This document shows, piece after piece, positions 37,373 to 45,948 of a stretch of 45,948 nt of DNA. A program made the translations under genes and the position numbers. The stretch's first letter is position 1. Every line of letters begins with the position of its first letter. This DNA is from Octopus bimaculoides (taxonomy: Eukaryota). The notes below the pieces were generated by a model. That model made no database searches, was not told the DNA's origin, and saw only the letters and a list, made by a program, of their open reading frames with translations. Location of the stretch: NCBI RefSeq assembly GCF_001194135.2, contig NC_068996.1:29079597-29125544 (forward strand), written 5' to 3'.

Positions 37373-38614
37373 CAGGGTGTGTAAGATATTTGAGGACAGA
37401 TTTATGTTTATAAAAAAATAGATATATAATAACAGATAATAACTTTATCAAAAGATTCTATGAGGATAAAAATAAACCTTCTTTTCTATAATGTTATTCA
37501 ATAAAACCACCTTCAGCTTCAACAGCTGTTTCTATACGAGATTTAAATCATCTACATGCTCGAATCAAGTGGTCCTGGTTCATTTTGGACATTACTCTGA
37601 CTATGGCAGCTTTTAAAGAATCTTTGGTGTTATGGGTGTGTTCATTGACCTCTCTCTCAACAATGCTCCACCTGTAATAGTCCAATGGATTGAGATCTGG
37701 GGAATTAGGAGACCAAATGTTAAGGGTTATGTGATCATGAAAATTTTCAGCCATCTATTCCTGTGTTACTAGACCCATATGTGATAGTGCAGAGTCTTAC
37801 TGAAACACATATGGCCTTCCATTGCATACACAGTCTATCCAGGGTTTAACAGTTATTTCCAAGACTTCAATGTAGGTAGCAGAGTTAACTTTAAGGCCTT
37901 GTGGAAAGAAGTAAGGAGGCATCACATGTCCTTCATTGCTGACAACCCCTAAAACCATGACAGTTGCAGGAAATTTTGTATGCATAATACTTGGAACTTC
38001 AGAAGGGTCTGCATATAACCATCTGTCATTTCTTCTGTTAACTTTTTGATCTTAGTCAAAGTTTTCCTCATTTGAGAAAAACCAAATCAAATCTTCTGCT
38101 GGATTTTTCAATTTATTTAAGAACCTTTAGATCTGATGTAGGAATTTTCTTTTGTTTTTTCTAACAAATTGACCTTTCCTCATCATATAAGACTTATATC
38201 TCATGTCTTTGTGGGCTGTTCCTTCTGACATGGAGATCATTTGCAATTGACCTCATGGACTTCCTGGGATTGTAATCAATGGTCTGTTGAACTTGCTGGA
38301 TAAATTCAGGTGTTCTGAAGATTTCAAAGCATTTAGAATGCTTTTTATGCTTTGATACTGGTGATACATTTCCAGCTTCAAACTCTAGCTCCTTACAAAC
38401 TTTGTAAACGAAAGATCTGGAAACTTTTAAAAATTAAGATATTTCTAAATCACTATGCTCAGCCTTTATAATCACAATAACAGCACACCTCTTCATTTCT
38501 TGAGTAAGCTGAGGGTCTGCCATTATTATTTTCTGAAACAAAGATTATACAGAGTTAGTAAAAATGCAGCAATGACCCAAAAAAGGTATGTCCTCAAATA
38601 TCTTATGCACCCTG
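37373..38614 (-). mobile_element. maT / DD37D Tc1-mariner element, near full length, decayed
   Basis: 26-bp TIRs CAGGGTGTGTAAGATATTTGAGGACA (37373-37398) and 38589-38614; TA on the left, CA on the right. Minus frame FFSNEENF...VFQ*DSALSH...WSPNSPDLNPLDY has 37 residues between the second and third catalytic D. The first D is mutated to N. Confidence 0.92.
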
Positions 38615-38668
38615 CATATATATCTTTAAATCTTTAAATTGTTTCAGTTTTAAAATGTATATATATAT

Positions 38669-39310
38669 TTCAAGATTTCTTGTCAATAGAGAAAGAATCA
38701 GTTTCTAACCTAGATCCAAGGCTTCTTCACTGGAATTTCAATATCAACAACAGGGTATTTTTGTTTGTATGTATGTATGTATGTATGTGTGCAGATTTGT
38801 ATGTTTTGTTTTATGTATGTATTCTCATGCATATAGTTACATATCTAGACATGCTCTTATATATTTAAATGATAAACTTCTGGAAAGTTTTACAGATTTT
38901 TACATTTCCAGTGATGGATTGGATCTGTAGTCCTCAAAATAGCTTTCTCCTTACTGGTTTTGAGAAGCCTAATTTCTCAAGATTCGTATTTAGGCAGTGT
39001 GTTACATATCTCAGTGTTCCAATAATTACAGGTATAAACCTGAACTTATAATCTGGATAGAGTAATTCCAGATTTCTCAATAGTTCAGTATAGGTGTTCT
39101 CTTTTTCACTGATTTTTAGCTTTATGTTAACATCTGTTGAGCAGCTGATTTCCGCCACTGTACACAGTTTCTCTTCTATCCCAAATCATTATATCAGGTC
39201 TGTTGGGCTTACGTTTTATTGAGGTTTTCACTGGTACATTCCACCAGTATTCCTTTTTATTATGAGTGGCTATGGCTTCTACTATATTGTGGGTTCTTAT
39301 TTCTTTGTCA
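38669..39310 (-). mobile_element. R4/Dong-clade LINE 3' end (restriction-like endonuclease + 3' UTR)
   Basis: YWWNVPVKTSIKRKPNRPDIMIWD...AEISCSTDVNIKLKISEKENTY...FIPVIIGTLRYV...LQIQSITGNVKICKTFQKFII*. Confidence 0.88.
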
Positions 39311-39422
39311 TGTATGTATGTATGTATGTATGTATGTATGTATGTATGTATGTATGCATGCATGCATGTATGTATGTATGTATGTATGTATGTATGTATG
39401 TATGTATGTATGTATGTATGTA
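39311..39422. repeat. (TATG)n microsatellite
   Basis: Direct run. Confidence 0.95.
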
Positions 39423-39859
39423 TACAAATATATATCAGATGTATAAAGTTAAAACATTGTCTAGTTTTCCCGTTTTTTATCATTGTATTTAAAATGTTGA
39501 AGTGTTTTAAGCATTAAAAAAAATTTTGTAATATTTATAAAGTTGAATTAGTGCTTTCATATGTTTGTAGTAATCATCAAATTTCAAAATGTATTTAACT
39601 AATAGTTGAGTTCTTGACAGCTGTAATAAAATGACTGACTTCTTCCTTTTTATACCTCTTAGAAGGCTCCAAGAAGCTGAGTTTTTGGAATACAGTTTTG
39701 ACCAATCCTCATGCAGCTTAAATGTCATGTTTGCCAGGTGTACTGATATTACTGGCATAGATCCCACCTTTATTTTAGCCATTTAGCTTGTAGCTCACAT
39801 GTAATGGTTTTATGAGTGAGAAAGTTTAGTTGGTTTCAATTGTTTTTATTTCAATTGGT

Positions 39860-40830
39860 TTGTATTCATATGTTAAAGATATTTTTTAATCCACATCATT
39901 AACTGGTTGTTATAGTTTTGTTGTTATTTCTGTTCAGAACAGGTTTGAACATTTTAATAAAACGTTTTTCTTTTATCTTTCTTCCAACCTCACTTATGTC
40001 ATGTAATTTGTGGAAAGGAAAAATTAGAAGCATGTTTTGACCACATGTTTCTATATGTTTGCGCAATGGAATTTGGCAAACATTAGTGTTTCGGATTTGT
40101 TGTCTGTGAACTCATGAGTGTTCCAATAATGTATTCCTTATCTTGCCAATATCTAGTTCTTCACAATTAGGGCAGCATTTAATACAGTATTTCTGTATCG
40201 AATTTCTGCTTTTGCTGTTCATATCCGCATGTGTGAAAATCTGTCCATTTTTTGTTCTAATGGATCTACCAGTATGCATGTATTGACACATTCCATATCT
40301 GCTATCATTACACTAGTATACTGTTTGTTCATCTTGTTTATTTGTGCTGAATTTTGCCTTTGTTAATAGTTTCTCTAGGTTATGTCATTGCCTTTTGCTT
40401 AAGATAAGTGTTTGATTAGTTATTATGTTATTTTAATTTTTCACTTTGTTTCATGATTGGCAAATTTGTTTTGATGATGTTTAAAATGTTTTAGTGATGC
40501 AGATTGTGTGTTACTAGAAATAGCATTGTGATCTGTTGATGGATTTGTCTTTCTCGTGTTGCCCTAAGTTGTTCTGTAGATATCTCTTTTACCTATTGTA
40601 TGCTATCTTCTATAAGTAGGTGAGGGTAATTTTGCTTGAGCAGAAATCATTTGAGTTCTATAAGTCCTGAGTTCCATAAGTTCTGAGTTCTTTGAGTTCT
40701 ATAAGTTACTGGTATTTGGATCATCTACTATAGTACAAATTTTCCTGGCTGGACAATACAGGATGTTGTGTTTTGTGTGTGTTAGGTGGCATGATTTGAA
40801 ATTCGTAAAGTCCAAATGAAGTAATTATAG
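39860..40830 (-). mobile_element. Penelope-like element: RT C-terminus, linker and GIY-YIG
   Basis: Minus pieces NILNIIKTNLP, LTKAKF...CNDSRYGMCQ, CIKCCPNCE and HRQQIRNTNVCQIPLRKHIETCG...IFPFHKL...RKIKEKRFIKMFKPVLN. Confidence 0.82.
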
Positions 40831-40836
40831 CAGTTT

Positions 40837-40885
40837 TAGGAACATAAGCCGGTTCTATAGGAACATAAGCCGGTTCTATAGGAAC
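40837..40885. repeat. 21-bp tandem duplication (x2.3)
   Basis: TAGGAACATAAGCCGGTTCTA twice, then TAGGAAC. Confidence 0.95.
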
Positions 40886-41329
40886 TTATTATAGACACAT
40901 ACTAAATAGATTTTCAAAAAAACAGTACAACTATATAAAGAACCTGAGAAATCAAGGATATGAAGAATTGAATATTTATCAAGAACGATTAAAGCATTCA
41001 ATTGTCTGTAGTCTCCACAGAGATACCAATCTCACTTAGTTTTCTTGGGAACCACATGCAGTGGAGAAGGCCAATTACTACAGGAAGATCAAATTATTCT
41101 GAGCTCCAACACGTTGCTAAAATTTGTCCTTTGCCACTTTTAGTTTGTCACCAGTGGGTTGTCCAAGTCACAATGAAACAGGAGGTCCCTAACTGATGAT
41201 ATGGTATGTAAAAGGGCGAACAGGATTCCTCTAATAAAAAAGGTTGCGAGTGATGTCTGGAAATTTTTTAAGAATCATGTGATAATGATTAGATGAGGAG
41301 GGTACAATTAAAAGTGGACTGACAGTAGC

Positions 41330-42080
41330 AGATTCAATGCTCATGAACATTGTACTGACAGATTAGATTTTTCACCATGAGTGGAAAGAGGAGAAAAGCT
41401 AACAGCTTGTTAAGTAGTTGCTGTTGGTTTTCCTGATTTGCATAAAAATTTTACAGACAAAATGCTACATGCTGCTCATGTATCTACCAGGAACCAACAT
41501 TTGGAAAGAGTATTGAAAATATAGGATGTGACTTATTGAAAGCACACCAAAAAATGTAGTCATGCTTCCTTGGAGCAGTCATTTGCCCATGTTTGAGTGA
41601 CTGATTTGAAAGAATATAGTTGAATGCATTTGTGTGCTTTAGCACCAAGGTTTTGGTATCAAACAAATGTAGTAACTCTCCCATGAGGACTGAATGAACG
41701 ATTTTGTGAGGTCCTTTAAAAACAAGAATTTGAGTGCGCTGAATATTGAGGTAACTATCATTATGTGAATCTGTCTGTTAGTGTCTGAATTTTGTCTTCA
41801 GTCATCTTACAAAACATTGCCAGTTCAGAAGAAATAGAAGATGTGAAAGTAGGAGGATGAATTTCTGTGTTAGAAGTATTGGAAAAAGAAATATCCATAA
41901 TACCATCTGCTAATTCAACCAACTGAATAGTAGAGCTCTGCTCTCTTATAGGTGCTAAAATAGCTTCCACATTTGACAGGAAGTGGAATAAAAAGGTTAT
42001 GTCAAAATCAACTCTTCAAGTGGGTTATCGTCAAATAATTCTTTTACTTTTCTCAAGAGTTAGGAAGGCTTTGTATCTCC
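41330..42080 (-). mobile_element. Gypsy LTR-retrotransposon gag-protease fragment (CsRn1-like)
   Basis: NVEAILAP...QLVELADGIMD, decayed CHCC-type knuckle (*YQNLGAKAHKCIQ) at 41619-41667, protease FLVDT*AACSIL at ~41461-41495, then QAVSFSPLSTHGEK. Confidence 0.75.
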
Positions 42081-42329
42081 CAAGACTTCATTGTGAAGGA
42101 GCTAGTAAAAAGCATTTTTGTCTGGACATAGAAGTTTATAACATATAAACATGTACATCTTTTAGAATATTGTCATTTTATAAGATTTTGCTGGCAAATT
42201 CTTAAATTAACTTAAACATTTATTTATATAAAAGAAAATTACTGGAAAACTTTCTAATTCTTCCAAATCTTACTGTTAAAACTATATTCAAATCATTTGT
42301 GGGGAATTTTTTTTATCACAGCAACTGAT

Positions 42330-43700
42330 TGTGCACCACAAGGTTTAGCAGAACCTACTGAAAGAAGCCAGCATGCTCGCAGCATTACCATTGGTGATGA
42401 GGAAGCTACAGCACTGGGGAAGTCAAGTGCCCTCACAGGCATCACCTGACACCTCAGTGAGGTAATTTTTATGTAAAGGAATATATATAATAACTTCATG
42501 GTTAGTGGTCTGGTCCCTCCAAATGTCGCAAATACAAGTTGGAAGATATAATTCACTGTCATGTCCTGATACTTCAGGGTTTTCTTTTGTTTGGCTATGG
42601 AAGCAGTGACACTCCCATTAATTGCAGCATCCAAGATGTAGGAGAGAGCAAAGGAGTTGCAGACTGTGGCATCACAAATGAGTCATCTACCTCTAATCCA
42701 GGAACAGAGGGTAAGATCATCTGGTCTCTTTCCATCACTTCTAGATAATCCTCATGGTTCTAGAACTGAGGGGATATTAATCCAAGCCAGGACCCACTTA
42801 GTTTAGCTTAGTATGTTGAGCAAGGTGACTAGCATTTAAGTGGCAAGACAGACTGTAAAAACCTGTAGCATTGAGGGTCCTACCACAGTGGTATCTCAGT
42901 CCCCTACAGATGTCAGCTCCCACTCTGAGTGCAATGGAGATGTGGAGTTCATCTAGACTGAGTAAACCTTCAATGTTGGCCACAGGCAGGGCAACAATCC
43001 AGTCCCCTGAGAATTATGCACTAGCTGAAAGTAGCCGGCACCTTGAAAATTGATCAGATTGATCAAGGAGAGAGTTGAAAGTGGCACCTGAATGCAGATT
43101 GTTCCATACTTCCTGTTTCAATCTATACTCCGCTGCAACCGAAACTGACAAATCCAGTTCTCTCCACTGTGATAGAACTTCATCTATCTCCTTGTTGGAA
43201 TTAGTCTATGCTGGAGAGGAGATGATGTTACCTACCAAAGGGGAGCAAGTGTGGATGGAAGAAAGAAAACAAAGAAGAGATAAAGATGAGCACTTGTGCA
43301 GACTTAGACCTCCAAACTATTTGGGCAATGCAGCTTGATCACAGGAGTCTGGGGAGAGTTTGACTTTGACCAAGTGTTTGAGTTTCCTGAAGATTAGGTC
43401 ATCAAAGTATTGGAAGGATGACAGGAATTGTAAGAGAGACTAACTCTCAGAAAATACAATAGCTTAGGAATTGACAAGTAATTCTAAGAAATTTTGTTTG
43501 CCACAAAATGAGTTTGAGTTGCACAAGCCAAATTACTGCATCCCTGGTCCATGGAGGAGTAACAAAGGGTAAAGCAGCCTGAATAGTTGGGTTACCACTA
43601 TTTCCAGAACAAACAGACAGGACAAATAAAGTTGCTTTATTTAAGCGCAAATTATTTGGAATCACTCTACTGAAAATCATATGAAAAGACTATATCCCAA
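42330..43700 (-). mobile_element. CRE-clade LINE 3' part (RT C-terminus, zinc knuckle, RLE)
   Basis: LSIPKLLYFLR, DQAALPK*FGGL, RLLSASA*FSGDWIVALPVANIEGLLSLDELHISIALRVGADIC...LSCHLNASHLAQHTKLN, EP*GLSRSDGKRPDDLTL, KYQD, GNAASMLAS. Confidence 0.88.
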
Positions 43701-44117
43701 AATCATGCATTCAAAGGTAGTCAAAATGTTCCTCAGCATTGAAATGTTGGTTTTAACTGTTATGCCACATGGACTTAATTTTTTGAGTGGGAAATGCATG
43801 TCTGACTTGTTAATAGACAATATTATTAGTATATCAAAAGTTGATAGTTGTGGTGATGAAAACTGTGAGCTAATCATCAGTGGCATATGGTGGTTGTTGT
43901 CATTGGGTGTGCTATTACACTGACCATACTATAACTAACATTGGTATTACTCAAATTAGGCATACAAACTGTGTATTTCTATTCAAAATGCAGGATCCAA
44001 AATGTAAATAATGTAAACTTAATTCAATTGGGATACAGAAATATTGCACTAAAATAAAATGAATTAATAATACCCTATAAATTGTAAGCATTCTAAAATA
44101 AGCCATAATTTTCTTAT

Positions 44118-44420
44118 GTGCCCACACTGAAAAACCTGGAGCTGTTGGGGTTATCCAGAAGTGATGGAAAGAGACCAGATGGGCTTATCCTCTGTCCCTG
44201 GGTTAGAGGTAGGTGCCTCATTTGGGATGCCACCTTCTGCAACTCCTTTGTTCCTTCCCACATCCTGGATGCTGCAATTAATGTGGAAGTCACTTTTTCC
44301 ATAGCTGAATGGAAGAAAACCTTGAAGTATCGGGACATGACAGCGAATTATCTTTTCCAGCCTGTGGCATTTGAGATGTTAGGAGGGACTGGGTCACTAA
44401 CTGTGAGGTTTTTCAAACCT
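44118..44420 (+). mobile_element. Second CRE-clade RLE fragment, opposite orientation
   Basis: ORF 44118-44444: GLSRSDGKRPDGLILCPWVRGRCLIWDATFCNSFVPSH...AEWKKTLKYRD...FQPVAFEMLGGTG. Confidence 0.9.
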
Positions 44421-44449
44421 AATATTGTAGTATTGCTGGTATAAGTAGA

Positions 44450-44885
44450 CCCAGTTGATAATACCTATAGGACACGGGTATTACATACTGAGAGCAACTG
44501 ACAAGTTCTATCCAATTCTGTAGGCTCTGTCTTTTTCTATTTTAGAAAAGGCTGGGATTGACCTTGCTTTTGATAATATTACCTCCATTTAGTTTGGTTT
44601 CAAGCAACTTCTAATCTGTATTTTTTCTTCTTTGGAGACTTTCTCTCTCATTTTCATTTCCATTGCCTTATCTTGCTGCACTCTTAGAAACTCGTATCCT
44701 TCATTATTTTTCAATGATATAATGATGTTGTTTGGTGGTATCTTTATACCATTGGGCTTAACCTTTTGAATTCTCTTCATAATTAAAACTGCACAATTAT
44801 TATACCCAAACTACTTACCAAAAGCTTTGCTAAATTCTGTTACTATTTGGATAAGAGAAGCTAGGGTTTTTCATTTTGGTGTATA
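44450..44885 (-). mobile_element. R4/Dong-like RT C-terminal fragment
   Basis: SLIQIVTEFSKAFGK*FGYNNCAVLIMKR...GIKIP...SLKNNEGYEFL...MREKVSKE, then GGNIIK. Confidence 0.7.
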
Positions 44886-44951
44886 GTTTAAGGGTATCCC
44901 CCCACTACCACATATATATATATATATATCTGTTATATACGACTGAAGTGA

Positions 44952-45340
44952 GGCGCAATGGCCCAGTTGTTAGGGCAGCGGACTCATAGAATCGCGGTTT
45001 CGATTCCCAGACCGGGCGTTGTGAGTGTTTATTGAGCGAAAACACCTAAAAGCTCCACGAGGCTCCGGCAGAGTATGGTGGCGAACCCTGTTGTACTCTT
45101 CCACCACAACTTTCTCTCACTCTTACTTCCTGTTTCTGTTGTGCCTGCAATTCAAAGGGTCAGCCTTGTCACACTGTGTCACACTGAATATCTCCGAGAA
45201 CTACGTTAAGGGTACACGTGTCTGTGGAGTGCTCAGCCACTTGCACGTTAATTTCACGAGCAGGCTGTTCCGTTGATCGGATCAACTGGAACCCTCGACG
45301 TCGTAATCGACGGAGTGCCAACAACAACAACAACAACAAC
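44952..45340 (+). mobile_element. Young full-length tRNA-SINE with (CAA)n tail
   Basis: A box TGGCCCAGTTG, B box GTTTCGATTCC, (CAA)n tail, 8-bp TSD ACTGAAGT (44942-44949, 45339-45346), CpG-rich. Confidence 0.92.
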
Positions 45341-45619
45341 TGAAGTAATGTTAGATTAAAATAGGCATTTGGGCATTTAATGCTAGTTCATTTCATGATA
45401 GGCAAATTTACTGTGCTATTCATCCTGAAATGTTATCTCCTACAGACATGTTGCATAGATGAAAATTACCCTAGCAGCAGCTGGTAAGAGTGCTAGATGC
45501 ATTTCTGCTTTTTTCTAATTTTTTTTTTTGTAGTTTGAGAATTCCTTTTAACTACATATAAAAAGCAATCAGTTCTATATAGGCCACCTTGAATATGTGT
45601 TAACTTGGATTTTAGTTTA

Positions 45620-45720
45620 TACTAGCAGAAATACCCGGCTTTGCCCGGGTTAAAGAGAATAATGAAATCAAAAAACGCCGTCTAGACTACGCAACCCTCA
45701 ACTGTTAGTAGCTACGATAC
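45620..45720 (+). mobile_element. Helitron-like non-autonomous terminus
   Basis: TACTAGCAGAAATACCCGGCTTTGCCCGGG resembles ACTAG-type Helitron ends, with an ACCCGG/CCGGGT hairpin and local CpG retention. Other end not identified. Confidence 0.45.
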
Positions 45721-45948
45721 CATATTTCTACATTAATAACTCTCCAATCCATGCCAGCATGGAACATAGACATTAAGTGGAATGCCAGTCTCTCATCTAG
45801 GAGGGCCTTGAAATCAATGTTACCAACTGGGGACTATGTGTGTCGCAGTGATAATAAAAAGACCCAAAGGAGGTCTGCAACGAAATAATTTTACTCAACA
45901 CTTTGCAAGTGAATCAGTGGAGGCAAAGATGCGTCTCATTTACTTGAC

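Noticed and set aside
37373-38614. Active or domesticated transposase in any of the Tc1/mariner copies
   Set aside because: All have in-frame stops, frameshifts or deletions affecting the catalytic region.
38690-38735. Ribozyme-like hairpin in the Dong 3' UTR (minus GTGAAGA-AGCCT...AGGTT-AGAAAC)
   Set aside because: It lacks the CUGA core; more likely an ordinary 3' UTR stem-loop.
46-45948. ORF-track entries rich in YI, CV, HT, MYVC or N runs as real proteins
   Set aside because: They are translations of microsatellites or N gaps, with no domain similarity.

Overview
AT-rich animal genomic DNA with four assembly gaps. The SINE families and microsatellite load point to a coleoid cephalopod, most likely Octopus (inferred from recall, not a database search). 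I found no intact protein-coding gene, tRNA, rRNA or CRISPR. The ORF track is mostly microsatellite read-through or decayed transposon protein. The window is a transposon graveyard: three Penelope-like GIY-YIG remnants (one with ~550-bp inverted pseudo-LTR arms), RTE/CR1-type LINE fragments, restriction-endonuclease-type LINEs (R4/Dong x2, CRE x2), a CsRn1-like Gypsy gag/protease fragment, a probable solo LTR, four Tc1/mariner remnants (three with both TIRs), hAT- and piggyBac-type MITEs and many SINEs. A CpG-retaining ~2.3-kb block at 28.1-30.4 kb stands out against CpG-depleted flanks and may be a divergent promoter. The most notable structures are several fold-back/inverted arrangements and a PHD-like C4HC3 finger inside an RTE reverse transcriptase. 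I did not find convincing evidence of a new multi-gene system.
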